Origin: Blastocladiella emersonii ATCC 22665
Taxonomy: Eukaryota > Fungi > Blastocladiomycota
DNA: 64,000 nucleotides
Direction of reading: 5' to 3'
Assembly: GCA_025594325.1 (NCBI GenBank)
Contig: JANHCV010000010.1
Coordinates: forward strand, 310,001-374,000
Shown: positions 45,308 through 57,524 of the stretch, piece by piece
How the letters are laid out: each line of letters opens with the position of its first letter
How positions within the stretch are numbered: the first letter of the stretch is position 1
The notes under the pieces: model-generated
Database searches by the model: none
What the model was told of the DNA's origin: nothing
Seen by the model: the letters and a program-made list of their open reading frames with translations, nothing else
Made by a program: the position numbers and the translations under genes

Positions 45308-45886
45308 ATGGCGTTGCACCAACCCGCGCCCACCACCACCTCCGCCACTGCAGCAGCGGCCTCGTTGTATGCTCCCTTCCCTTCGCTGCTGTCTCCGCGT
45401 CCGAGTGACCGACGCTGACGCTCATGCCATCGCTCCCACCTCCCAGCCCATCGCTCCGCTGCTGCAGGTGTCAGTGCCAGTGCGACACCGACCAGCGGGT
45501 CCGTGGTCAAGCCCCAAGTTGGCGCGGCACACGGGCTCACCTCGCCGGCCGCGGCCGTCAATGCTGCGGCTGCTGCTCAAGATCCAGCGGGCGTGGTCGA
45601 CGGCGAGACCGAGGCCAAGCTGCGCCAGTCGGCGGCGTCCAAGGGTGGCGTCATCGAGGACGACGAGCGCGCCGAGGACGACGAGTCAGCGTGGTCCAAT
45701 GCTCAAGTCACGCAGGAGACGGACCCGACCAACAACGTCAAGAACGCGCCACCCGCGACGCCTGCAACGCCCGCGACGCGGGCCAAGTCGACGCGCGTGC
45801 GCAAGCCCAGCGCCAAGCGCGCGTCGACGCTCACGGCGCTCGCCATCTCGGCGCCGCGCAAGTCGAAGATCAAGGCCAAGAAGTAG
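45308..45886 (+). CDS. Small low-complexity protein with an acidic middle and a basic tail, inside the transposon and divergent from the transposase
   Basis: MALHQPAPTTTSATAAAASL|GVSASATPTSGSVVKPQ..EDDERAEDDE..RKPSAKR..RKSKIKAKK*. GTATGC..CTGCAG intron. Confidence 0.5.
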
Positions 45887-46037
45887 GCCAAGGGCGCGCG
45901 CGCGCGCACGCGCTGTCGCACCGTGGGGTGGGGGCGGGCGAGCGGGCAGGCCGGCCGGCCGGCCGCCCAAGCGTGTTCCGATATGATGATATTGTATATA
46001 TATATACCCGAATGCTATGCGGATGACTCCCCAACTG

Positions 46038-46430
46038 GGTCAGGATCTGAGCGTGACGTGGCCCGGATCCGGCGACGATACGGCCAGGATCTGAGCGCGA
46101 CATGGCCCGGATCCGGCAACGATACAGCCAGGATCTGACTGCGACGTGTGCCCGGATCCGGCCACGATGCGAGCGGGATCGTGACACGATCGGTGCGCAC
46201 TTCGCGGCGGCATCACGGCAGCCTCTGTCCCGGACCTGGGCGAGATCAGGGCAGGATCACGGCACGATCAGGGCCGGATCTGGGCCGGATACCGCCCCAA
46301 CGCTGCCCAGACGCTGCCCCGACCCCGCTCGCGCCGCCCGCGCGGCGTCTGAGCCAGATCCGGTCCGCGTCAGGATAATATCACAGATCCGGCCCAGATC
46401 CTGCTTTCTGGCCGCGATCCGGCCGCGATC
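46038..46430. repeat. Right subterminal array, including a 44-bp tandem repeat x3 (46038-46170)
   Basis: Unit GGCCAGGATCTGAGCGCGACATGGCCCGGATCCGGCAACGATAC starts at 46038, 46082 and 46126. Further CCGGATC motifs continue to 46430. Confidence 0.9.
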
Positions 46431-46464
46431 GGGCCCCGAACCGCTGCTGCAGGTTTTGCGATGC

Positions 46465-46870
46465 GGGGCCATGGTCTGGTTCACGAACATGGTCACGAGC
46501 AGAAGCCTTAAGCCCAGCACGTCTGCTGTTGACGTCGAGGAGCAAGGCACAAGCCATACTCGCACTCGCTCTCCGTCTTTGGGTGATTTGGTTCACGAGG
46601 CGAAGAATGTGACTCCAGACTACAAGCTGACCGCGCCTCAAAGCGGCGCCGCCGTGTTGGGGTTTGATCTGCGTGATTTCATTCAAATATAACTCTACCG
46701 ACTCGTTCAGCACGAATACGCATCTGCGGAGCTGTGCTCGAAGCGCGAAAATACTCGTTTCAAGAGCTGCCCGCGAGCGCTATGCTGTGAGCGGTGAAGC
46801 AATACCGCTCGCTGAAATCATCAAAGTTATTACCATCAAACATGGCGCATTACTTGCCCTTGACCGTAAC
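46465..46870 (-). pseudogene. Probable displaced N-terminal (REC) part of Fanzor B
   Basis: Helical ORF ..ALETSIFALRAQLRRCVFVLNESVELYLN..RDHVREPDHGP joins in frame to VAYGPVPLVQLW.. at 41338 when the transposon is removed. Confidence 0.5.
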
Positions 46871-47188
46871 AAAGTCGGATACCGGCAAGCGCTCGTGCTT
46901 GTATCGTTTTAGGGCGTAACCGCACGTTCCACCTTGATTTCTGCTTTGCGAGCATCTACTTCAATTTGAGGTCGCAGCTGGCTTCGAGACCTCATTCAAT
47001 CCCTAAGGTCACCCTTATGCATTAGCTCACACGATAGCCGTTGCGAACGTGCCCAGAACGAGGAGGTTGGCTGGTTGGATAAGCGACGCGCAGCGCCACT
47101 CACGTGTGGCGACCGCCACACCTCTGTCACCGATGCGGCTTCGCTTCCCTCGCTCACCACCAAGCTCCAGGCAATGCAACGCAAACGA

Positions 47189-48856
47189 ATGGAGCAACTT
47201 AATGCAAACTATTATCTGCACGATCGAGCCACCGTGCACGCGTCGCCCTCATCTGCGTCAGCGCTCTCGCCAAATCTCGATCGCTCGGCGGTCGTCGCCT
47301 CGCGGTCGTCGCCACTTCCAGTCTGCAACTCGCCACCTGCTGGTCTGTGCCTTGATCTTGTTTCTGCTCATGATTTCTTTGGACGAAATGATCGTACTTT
47401 CGTTGATGGATCGCGTTCGCCCTGCTTAACTTCACGCGACCTGCCTGATGGCGACCATTGGTCGGCGCAATCCGTCATCACGCCGCCCCGCGCGATTTGT
47501 TTCTCCCCACGACGGTTCGACCTATTTGACGATGCGGCTGTTCATTTTCCGCAACTTCTCGAGCCATGGAACGTCGCGGACTCCATACCCTCATTTGGTG
47601 AATCCACGGCTCCCACTACGGTTTCCAATACTTCGACCTATACTTCAACTCCAGCTCGCTCAATCAATCACGCGTCACCCATGCCCTTCAGCGCTTCGTC
47701 GGTGCAACTTCCTGGACACAGCGCATTGGGCCACGCTGATGCGTCGACCCAACTCCCGCTTGATCCTGCCGACAATTTCAGCAACGCCGTGCACACGCGA
47801 CCAAATCTCACATTCCTCGTTCTGATTTACATGGCACTTGCTTCGGCGCCCGATCATACTATGGCAGTTGGAGAGCTTTATTTGTGGATCACACAAGCAT
47901 ACCCTTTCTTCCACTCTCTTCCTCGCTCGCATCTCGTGGTTCGATGCTCTCTAACGTGCATCTACTTGCCAGCATCATTTACGCAGACCGCGCTCGTGTA
48001 GCAAAAGCTTTCCAGCAGGCTTTCACACACATCCGAGTTTGTGAGGCTTCCGCCTTCAATTGGCTCGAAGACCGGTCGTTGGACGGCCTCGCAGGACTTT
48101 GTAGACGCGACCCTTGCTAGCGTTGAAGTCGACCCTCATGTCTCCGGTTCTAGCGACTCTCGGGATGACAACCCCTGGTCGCGCGGCGCGAAAGTCGTGC
48201 TTGAGTCACCTGCCTCAAGCGCGCACGAGCTTGAGGAGACTGAAGCGAATTCTGAATCTGTCCCACCAGTCGCATCTGGTCGAACAAGGTCATGGAGCCG
48301 AGTTCCTCTCAAGGTGGTGGTTGATCCTGCAAATGGGACGATTTACCAGCGGCCCGCCCTGACTTACGCCCAGCTTATTTGCAAGGCGCTTGGGTCCACG
48401 CCGGATCACACAATGACGGTGCACCAAATCACGACCTGGGTGACCAGCAACTACCCGTTCTTTTGGCACGTCAAGTTTGCGCAGCTGAGGGTACTTGACT
48501 TTGCTGCACCACCGCCCGTCTGGTCGCACTCACTCTTACGTTCCGTTTTCTTGTAGGAATCCGTCCGTTTACAACTGATGAGGACCGCAGCCTTCTCACC
48601 CGTTCCATCGTCCGAGCGCGCCCCAGTTTGTGGCCAAGATCAGGCCTGGACTTCGGACGAAGCAACTATGGCCAAAATTATTATGAACTCAAACATGAAA
48701 GGACGGCCCAAGCGCGGCACCCGGACAAAGCGACCAGTTCATTCTAACGACGACGAAAATTGTCAAGCCGGCTCGCCGATCGCGTCTGCCCTCGAATCCA
48801 CGCCCAGCAAGGGCCCCGCCGCGCGGGATCCAAAGCGGCGTCGTCGCGAGGAATGA
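47189..48856 (+). CDS. Divergent forkhead protein A (two forkhead domains, 2 introns)
   Basis: RPNLTFLVLIYMALASAPDHTM..LYLWITQAYPFF|QKLSSRLS..GRWT and RPALTYAQLICKALGSTPDHTM..NYPFF|ESVRLQL. LPVCNSPPAG motif. Confidence 0.8.
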
Positions 48857-49410
48857 ACCCGATCTCCGGCCAAAGTGTCAATGAGGGCTTCCAATAAACC
48901 GCCTCCATACAGAAGTCGCACCATCGATAGTTACTAGGAGGAGACCTCAGTGGGAAAGAGTTGCTCCACGAGTGAACCAGCTGATGCTTGTGACACTTTG
49001 AGGTTACGCGCAGCTGTGTTGCCTCGAGTTCAAATTAGGGCACGCGGCAAGCATTTTCCTCTATATGTTATTCAAAAACACTGCATATCAAGTAGCAGCT
49101 GGTGGGGCGCATTGCGGGTAGCGCGGAAAGCAGAGAGGTGCCAGTCGGAAATGAGTGCCTGGCGCGAGCCCGCATGGCCTCGGCACTTCGGTTGCGCGAG
49201 AATGAGAGCACAAAGAGTTAAAATATACGTAAATATTGCTTTTTTGAAGGTGGGATCATCCGAGCCGTCTCCAGCGGTCAACAATCTCGAAATGAGCGCC
49301 GCGTCGGGCGACGTGGCGCCGCGCGCTCATGTGATTGGTGCACGCGCGCGCCACCACTTTCTCTCCCCCTCGCTGCTCAAGCACTCTCTGTACTTCACAC
49401 ACGCAAACAA

Positions 49411-50836
49411 ATGGAGTATTTACCCGGTGCAACAGCTTTTCGACCCGCACACCATGCCCGGGGCGCTGAGCTTCCGCCGCCTCGACCAATTTCGGCGAGA
49501 TACGCTGCCGCCTTCGAACGCGTCGAATCGAAGTCATCTCCGCCCCTACCCGACTGCCACTCGCCGCCTGTCGGTCTACCACCACGTTCGGCGCCCCTCG
49601 GGAGCGCTTCCTCGCGCGAATCACCGTGGTCTTTCTTGGCTACCACTGACCAGTCGCCACATCCGGCCTCGTTCTTTGATCCAAACGAGACTTTCCCGTT
49701 TCACGCGTCGGATTTCTTCAAGACGTATCTCTCGACAGCTTCGAAAGCCCGTTCCTCGCGCGAATCCCGCTCATCTGAGCAGCACTCGGATTCCTCGCTC
49801 TCGCAGCCCTCCCCCTCTCTGCTTCGGCCTCAGCTATGGCGTCAGCTTCTGCAGCACCGTGATTCTGGAGTGTGGTCTGCATCGCGACAGAACTTGCCTA
49901 TTTCCTCGACCCCGGCGGCGTCTGCTCACGCGCCTACTGCACCCGCGCCTTCTGCACCCGCGCCTCCAGCACTCGCTGCACCGGCACTCGCGCCTACTGC
50001 ATCCGCGGCTCGTGCACCCACAGCTCCTCCAGTTCCTCTTGTACTAGTGCCCTCAGCAACGCTTCGACCACCAGCGTCCATGACTTTGACAGCTCAGCTG
50101 CTCGCTGACGACAGCGTTACATATGAGCGACCAATTTTCACCACGAAGCACCTCATCTGCGAGGCCCTTGCGTCGGAACCCAATCGCTCGATGACTATTG
50201 CTGATATCGTCGCTTGGATTGCTCGTCGGTACCCGTACTTTCGCTCCAGTCGCGCGGAATACCATCGCCTTCAGGTCCGTGCGGCTCACAAGCATTCCTC
50301 CTTCCGCGTCGAAAGCTCACCCTCGATTCGTTTAGATGGCCGTGACAAACAGGCTATCGCAAACCCCCGAATTCGTCCGGATCCCGACTGTCGAAGACAA
50401 CGGTCCGGAAATGTGGAAGGCTTCGCAAACGTTTCTCTCTCACGTTTTAAATCGCGGTCGTGACGACGGGCGCGCTGTCGGCACACACACGCTTCCCGCC
50501 CGCCAATTGGATCACGAACCGGCTGCTGTGGTCGAGCCACCTGCCAAGCGCGCCAAGAATGTGCCTTCATCTCCCACGCCGCTGTCGCCACCGCCGGCCT
50601 CCGTCATCAACGGCGAAGAGGAGTGGATCGTTGAGGCCATCCTCGATACGCGTCGCGTGGGTCGCTCCGTCGAGTACTTGGTTAAGTGGTTCGGTTTCAC
50701 CAAGGAGTACGACACGTGGGAGCCATACGTCAACGTCAAGAACCTCGGCAAGGTCGCCGAGTTTCACGCGGCGCACCCGGGCAAGCCGGACCCTCGTCGG
50801 CGCAAGTACAAGGGTAAGCATTGCGCGGGACAGTAG
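49411..50836 (+). CDS. Forkhead + chromodomain fusion protein B
   Basis: RPIFTTKHLICEALASEPNRSMTIADIVAWIARRYPYF. A phase-0 intron (50275-50335) joins it to MAVTNRLS..MWK and to EEEWIVEAILDTRRVGRSVEYLVKWFGFTKEYDTWEP. Confidence 0.85.
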
Positions 50837-51385
50837 CGCGCGCTCCCCGCTTTGTGCGCCACGCGCCGTTCGAAACTTGTATACCCTTGAATGTAATCTG
50901 ACTTGTGTGATTCTATCGTAATCGTTGCGTAGCTATCTTGGCGTTTTCAGTGGTTGTGGCTCGTTGGACTGCGCTGTACCACTGCATCAGCGAGACTCGA
51001 GGGTTGTTCCGCCTTGAGACCTATTTGAGAGCATGACGCGGAATCGACTTGAATCACTTGATAGGTCGAAGATACCTTTGCTTTTCATCCGGCCAGCGTT
51101 CGCTACTCGTTGCGGCGGCTGATGGCGCCGCTGGGAGGAGCAGCCACCTTACGAACGTTCATGTCAAGTCACTTTCCATTGACAAACCGATCTGCTGACG
51201 CCAGAAATGCTCATGAAGGACGTCCAGTGCGGCCAGCAGCGAAGAAACTGCCAGCACGCGTGATCACGCTCGAGGGAGACATAACACGTGATGTGATCAA
51301 GCCCCCGTGGCTACGTTTGATCAGCTTCACTGCGGCTTCGCTCTCGCTCGTGGTTGACGGACACTCGCTCACTTGATGAAATCAG

Positions 51386-52387
51386 ATGAATAGACCTTAT
51401 GCAACGCCTTCCGGGTCCTCGCAACTTACACCGGCCGAGCCTTCGTGGCCCGCGGAGACGGAAAGTGACCCGCCACGGTCGCCGTCCCTCCCGGACTGCA
51501 ACTCTCCACCTGCTGGCCTGATCTTGAGCCCGCTTCTTGAGCCTAGTTGGCTCGAGCTCCAACCGAATGCAGTTTCTCACGACCAAGCTTCGCTCACGAG
51601 CACGTCTCTTGCTCATTCGAGCTCGAGCCTGTTCCTTGCCGACGCTGAGCTCGTGGATAGTCTGCGCGATTCCAATCGGACGACCATACTTGTGCACCCG
51701 CAGTTACTACCTCGACCCGAAAATGTGCAATTTGGAGCGGATCCTGGATTGGTTTCACCGCTTCTAGCCGTGACCGAAAATCATAAACCACCGACAGCCG
51801 AGCTGCAACACCAGACGCGATTTGCTGTTGGCCATGCAGCCGTCCCTTCTCGCTCGGGGTCCGTCGAGTCAAGTTCCGATTCCCAAGCTTCTATCGTTGC
51901 GCACGGATCCGCTACCGTCCGGCGTTTGCTGTTTCCAAGGAAGACCATCCAGAATCGAGGCTACCTTCAGACTCAGACAGCGATCGATCCAGCGACGGGT
52001 GCTGTTTATTCACGGCCGCCTCTCACGCTCCCTCAGCTCGCGTGCGAGGCTCTCGCGTCGACACCAGACCGCATGATGGTCTACGCTCAAATTTACGATT
52101 TTATCACGGAGAAGTACCCGTTCTTCCGCTTAATGGAGAAGAAGCGATTCAAGGTACGTTGAAATTGCGCGATTGGCATAGCTGGCGTTCCCTCTCGTTA
52201 ATCCTTTCAGTTCACGCCGCCGTAGAGTATGCTGTCCACGGCCATGTCAAACAGTCCAGATATCCTCAGGGTGAACCTGCCCGTCGAGGGCAAGAAGGCG
52301 ACTGTCAGCTACTGGACGACATCAGAGAGTTCGATGGCCAAGCTTCTACGGCCCGAAACGCCTTCCAATCCGGTTACCGAGCACTAG
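51386..52387 (+). CDS. Divergent forkhead protein C (one domain)
   Basis: IDPATGAVYSRPPLTLPQLACEALASTPDRMM..IYDFITEKYPFF|SMLSTAMS..SYWT. LPDCNSPPAG motif. Confidence 0.75.
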
Positions 52388-52734
52388 ATCTGCCGAGTGT
52401 ATTCCAATAATTCGGCTGTTATGTCCGGTAGCTGGGACCGCACGTCAAAAATAGATTGGTTGCTTCTTACAGATCCTGTAACGCGAAAACGGAAGCCGCC
52501 TGAGACATTTGAACAAAATCAACAATTTCTTGCTACATATAATGTTTCGACTGAGCGCCCTAGCAGGGGTACTGGCGTTACGCTCACCGTGAGAATGCAT
52601 TGGAGACGCGTTCTGAAATCATGTGGGCTGCACGTGGGCTTGAGACAATCGGTTCTCACCGCACGTGGCTGAGGCGAGCAGCCTGCTCAGCTCGGATGAT
52701 CGCAAATTCGCGACCGCTGGCAAAACGTAAACTA

Positions 52735-54821
52735 ATGGAACTTGACGCAATGGACCCGGATCAACCTGCTTTGTTGTGTTCCGGGATGCTGTCGGCGCAA
52801 GGACGAGGCGAGGTCAGTGGTCCTGGTTCGCCGCTTCTCCCGGACTGCGACTCGCCTCCCGCCGGAGTCGCTCGAGCGGAATCACCGCCGACAGGTTTCT
52901 CACTGGATCCGGCGCCAATGCCACATTCGTTTGTTCCCGGTTTGGACCAGGCGAGCTCAAACCCGCTCTCAGACCCAGGCGCTCGCGTTGCCGGCGAGCT
53001 TCCGCAATCGGTCAAGATTTACCTCGAGCGAATCCCTTGCCACGCTCCCATGCCGGTTCTGCCACCTGCGTCATCGGGTATCCGGCCATCTTTGCCAGCG
53101 GTTCCCCCGCCGCACCTACCTCCACCGCCCTCATTCTTCCCGCCACATCACTCGACCGTTTATCTACCGCCACCGCGTGCGCCGTACTTACCGAGCGTTT
53201 GGCGCCCACCAACTCACGGGTTCCCCGCGTCGTACTCGACCTATGTGGCATCGCGCGTCTCAAGCATGTACGCGAACGCCTTCGCATCTTTGCCGAGCAC
53301 CCCGGCCTCATACGCCTTTTCGATGCTGGCTGCAGTCGCGCCACCGCCTTCGCTGCCTCCGTACTGGTCTAGCGTGTCGTTTTCCGTCCCGCCTCCACCG
53401 CAACCCGAAGCAAACCTGCTGCCGCCGACCTCATCGCGTCCTCCGGAATTGCTTGGTCAATCTGCGCGCACCCCGCCCGTCGTCAACAAGGTCAAAAAAC
53501 GGGCTCGTACCCGGCCCCCGGTTGTTAAGGCCAAGCAACCGAGGAGTGTGCAGGCCCGGTCCCCTGTTGAAAAGGGCAAGCAACCGCGGCGCGTGCCGGC
53601 AAATTCCGCGTCGCGGAAAGCTGAACAGTCAATCGTTGATCCTGCGAATGGTGAAACGTACATCCGGCCGCCCCTCACTTTTCGCCAACTTATTTGCCTT
53701 GCTATTCACTCGACTCCCACGTGGGAGATGCGGCTGGCAGATATCTACTAGTACATCATCGACCGCTTTGATTTTTTCCGACTTGCGGATCCCGTTTCTT
53801 GGCAGGTGCGTGCGATGAACGCGGCATTTCCTCCTAGATTTACGCGTGGCAAACAGCGCTAACTTCAAACCACCTCGTCTGTGTAGAATGCCGTCCGACA
53901 CAATCTCTCGGCCAATTCTGGCTTTTCTCGCGTGAAGCGCGTCGCGTCCAAGGACAAGGGAGACTACTGGACCGCCACGAAAGAGTTTTTGGAGCGCGCC
54001 TTCTCGACGTGTCCCGAGTACAATCCGTTTGAGACCTCGCCCACGTCATCCGCACTTGGAGTCGCGGCCGAATCGCCCGAGGGTGGACTTGACGCTGTTT
54101 CGGCCGATGTGGGGCCGCTTGAGCTCCCGCCGCCTAATCGCACGGAGCTCATCTGTGCCGCTCTCGCTTCCACGCCTGATCGCAAAATGACCGCTGCCGA
54201 GATTCGAGCATGGGCTCAGAACGAGTACAAGTACTATCGTCTCAAGGATAGCTCGCGCTTGCAGGTATGTCCGCCTGCAGATTCTTGGCCGCTGGCTCGA
54301 TCTCCCACATTAACCACACGACTTGTTGTATCCAGGGTGCAATCAGCAGCAAACTCAGTAGCCACCAATGCTTCACTTGGGTTGAGCGCGATGCGTCCGT
54401 AGCTTGGCCCAAGGCACGCGGATTCCTGTGGACAGCATCTGACGCCTTCATCGAGGAGACGCTTGCCCGTCGCGACGCCATGTTGGCAGCGTCAGCACGC
54501 CCAAGTCGCCGCACCGCAGCCCCATCAACCAGTATTGCGGCTCAGCCTGTCACGGTGGACGAGGACGAGGATGAGGATGAGGACAACAACGCCGATTCGG
54601 AATCTTCTCTTGCCGACTCTGACTTCGAATCGGACACCCTTGTCGAACTCGTTGCGCGCAAGCGACCGCGGCTCCTTGGTCCAGATTCGGACCGGTCCGA
54701 CGACGAGCCGGCCAAGAGTACGAACATGGACGACTTTGCGCACTGCGACATCCGCGAGAGCAAGGCCCTGAGTCCGGTCGCCCCCTCGCGCGCCGTGGAT
54801 TCGCTGGGTTCGCGGGACTAG
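52735..54821 (+). pseudogene. Forkhead protein D (two domains) with an in-frame TAG at 53749-53751
   Basis: RPPLTFRQLICLAIHSTPTWEMRLADIY*YIIDRFDFF..WQ|NAVRHNLSAN..KGDYWT. Second domain PPPNRTELICAAL..|GAISSKLSSH..FLWT. Confidence 0.8.
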
Positions 54822-55102
54822 GAGTCGATCCTGACTCACAACGCATTTAACTGATCTCATTTTTGTTCCGTCAAACGCACATGAATTCCTTGAGATGCCT
54901 GGCGCCGAGCCAGCCGTGAACCGGCCACGACGCGCCGAGTGAGCGAAATGACGCGTCGCGATATCACGTTGTGGCGCGCATGCGCGCGAGCCGATTTCTC
55001 GGCCGCGTTCGAGTCGCTGTCTCCCTGCCCGCGACCAATACCTCAATGAAAAGCTGATGAACGCAATTTGCAATTTCTGCATTTGAATTACAAGAACCTA
55101 TC

Positions 55103-55921
55103 ATGTTTACACAACCGAGTTTGGCAGCGGTTGAGCACGGGTCCCCGACCCTGCCACCCTGCGATTCCACGCCCACTGGCTTCGCTACTTCCGCCCATTT
55201 ATCACCCCCAGCATTTGCCCCCGGACCTCGAATTTTGCAGTCTCATGGACTTTCAAACGAGGAGCTCGCTGATTGCCCCGTTCCTGCAGCGTTGCCTCGC
55301 TTGGAGCGACCCCCAGCAGTCCAAGCTCGCGCTCAGGGGTTTGGGGCGACCCCATCATCTGCTGCACCTATCCCGTTCTGCGGGCTCCCAAACGAGGCGC
55401 TAGTTTGGCCTGCTCCCGCCGCGTTGCCTCGCCTTCCAGTACCCCCGGCTGTTCCATCTCATACTTTAGCGACTGTTGCGGCGTCGTCGGCACCTAAATT
55501 CGTGCCTCCTTTCCCGGCCGCGGTCGCTGCACGTGTCCCTGCTCCTGCTCATGTTCTCGACCCTACTCCTTGCACGAATTTCAGCGCTGCGGCACCAATC
55601 ACCATCACGAGCGACGAGCCGCCGCTCACGGTCGTCGCGCAGCGGTCACACGTCCAGTCATCCACATTGCTGGCACCGATGCTTTCACCAAGCTATCCGG
55701 TGGCGCTTCCCACTTGGCCCTCTGCGCTGCCCGCGTTTGCCGCACCTTACTACCCGTACCCGTCTCCGCAGCTATACCAGCAACACGTTTTCCAAACGAG
55801 ACTCGCCATGCTTCGCGCGTCCGCGGCCTACACAAGCTACGCGGGAATCCAACTCTCTTCCGCAAACACCGCGTCGCATCTCGCGCCCGATTCAAACTCT
55901 CCGACCCACGGAAGGCGCTGA
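55103..55921 (+). pseudogene. Forkhead-array paralog E, N-terminal part only (no forkhead domain)
   Basis: LPPCDSTPTGF variant motif and a P/A-rich region like its neighbours; ends before any winged helix. Confidence 0.6.
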
Positions 55922-56081
55922 TAGCGAGTCGTCTGACGTCTCCGCGCTGTCGAGTTGATTTAGACATAAACGTGTTTATACTTATCGAGAGGCTCTTGTC
56001 ATGCGTGCATGAAAATTTATCTGGACTCGTCTCGGGGCATGGAGTGACCAAGTCCCGAAACTGCAGAGCGGAGACAAAACG

Positions 56082-56104
56082 GAGACGCGTTGCGAAAACA
56101 CGTG
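56082..56104 (+). promoter_or_regulatory. Recurrent promoter motif GAGACGCGTTGCGAAAACAC(G/A)TG (MCB core ACGCGT); copies at 52603, 56082, 57722, 58802, 60690
   Basis: Near-identical 20-23-mer about 110-150 bp upstream of forkhead D, F, G and H, plus an orphan copy at 60690. Confidence 0.7.
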
Positions 56105-56227
56105 TGCGCCACTGCGCCACACCGTCAAACAGGACGGCCTCGACGTTTGGGCTTTCCATGCGCCGCGTCTCTTGGGCAATAACCTCCACCTTTACATGCA
56201 TGAAAACGGATGAATTAAGTTGATGCA

Positions 56228-57314
56228 ATGGACTCCATAGACCGACACGCTCGCATGACGAGAGCGCCGTTGCCGCTCGAGTTGGCTCGGCCATCGTCGC
56301 CGATGGGGCTGGCCGAGACGACGCTCCTCCCTGACTGCGACTCACCACCGACTGGATTCGCGGTGTGCGACTCTCCACCAGCCGGTTTCTCCCTGTGCGA
56401 CCTCCCGGCAGTTGGACTCGCCCTGGATGCCGACCCTCTTGATTATGCTGCATCGGCAGTCCCAGCGGCAGCATCGCTCCCATTTATGCCCAACTCGAGC
56501 TCACCGGCTTTCAACTCGAACCATGTGCATCCTCACTCACCTTCGCATGTAGAACAACCGGATACGGTCCCTCTGCCGTTCACGATGGCTTCACACACCG
56601 AGCCGCCGCATTCTCCCGACCTCGCTGTGCATGACGGTGCCATGGTCTCCCATTCCGATTTTTCCGACTCGCGCCAACAATTCCTTGCTTCGCACGCCCC
56701 CGAAACAGTCCCTACGGCCTTTGCACCTCTTGTCCAATCGGTAGCCAATGTCGACGTCAACCCACCGCCGCACTTGGAAGCGCAGTGCGCGCCTGATGTA
56801 CCAGACTTGCTGCAACCAGCCCCACGAGACCGATATTCTCTTGTTGATCCAGAGGACGGAACTGTCCACTTTCGACCAAATCTCTCAATTGCCCAGCTCG
56901 CCAGTCTCGCCATCGATTCGACCATTGAAAAGCGGATGACGGCGCTGGATATTAACGCTTGGGTCGTTGCCAATTTTTCCTACTTTCGCCTCGCTCAGGC
57001 ACAGGGCAAGGTACGCTGGTCTCGCGCGCAGCTGAGCCTACGCTCTCGTCTGACATTGCCTTGCTCTCCCTGGCTGCCATGGGCGGAACTTGTAGCCCAA
57101 CTTACTAAAGCGACTCTCGGGTCTCCCAACCCTTTCGCTTATCCCGCGCCTTGCACCTGACGGAAAAAAGCTTCGCCGTGGGTACTGGACGACCTCGGCG
57201 AGCGATACCGAGCTTGTACTTGCTCGATCGAGGGCCAGTGCCAGCGCCCGCCCAGCGGGAGCATGTTTGGCGCCCGCGCTGCAACGCGATCGCCGATATC
57301 GCGCCCGTGACTGA
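56228..57314 (+). CDS. Divergent forkhead protein F (one domain)
   Basis: RPNLSIAQLASLAIDSTIEKRM..NFSYF..K|PNLLKRLS..RGYWT after a GTACGC..TTGTAG intron. Triple CDSPP-like motif. Confidence 0.7.
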
Positions 57315-57395
57315 TAACGGTGCCCCGCCGACACGCGACGCGAGCGACCAGCCGCACCTCCCTCCGTTGAGGTACGCGCACCGCGCAGCACTTGG

Positions 57396-57524
57396 GCGAC
57401 GCGCTATGCTGCGACGCGCTGTGCTGCGACGCGCTATGCTGCGACGCGCTGTGCTGCGACGCGCTATGCTGCGACGCGCTGTGCTGCGATGCGCTATGCT
57501 GCGACGCGCTATGCTGCGACGCGC
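57396..57524. repeat. 15-bp minisatellite (GCGACGCGCT(A/G)TGCT) x8.6 with A/G alternation
   Basis: Directly visible. Confidence 0.95.

Larger units (their letters stand above)
41339..46464 (-). mobile_element. ~5.1 kb Plavaka/CMC (CACTA-related) DNA transposon, defective
   Basis: Perfect 20-bp TIR GCATCGCAAAACCTGCAGCA (41339-58) / TGCTGCAGGTTTTGCGATGC (46445-64). CCGGATC/GATCCGG subterminal repeat arrays at both ends. Internal transposase. Confidence 0.88.

Noticed and set aside
46038-46170. 44-bp repeats as a CRISPR-like array
   Set aside because: The units are head-to-tail with no unique spacers, lie inside a transposon subterminus, and no cas genes are present.
50600-50836. Chromodomain as part of a Ty3/Gypsy insertion
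   Set aside because: No LTR, gag, RT or integrase sequence is nearby, and the domain is in frame with the forkhead exon.
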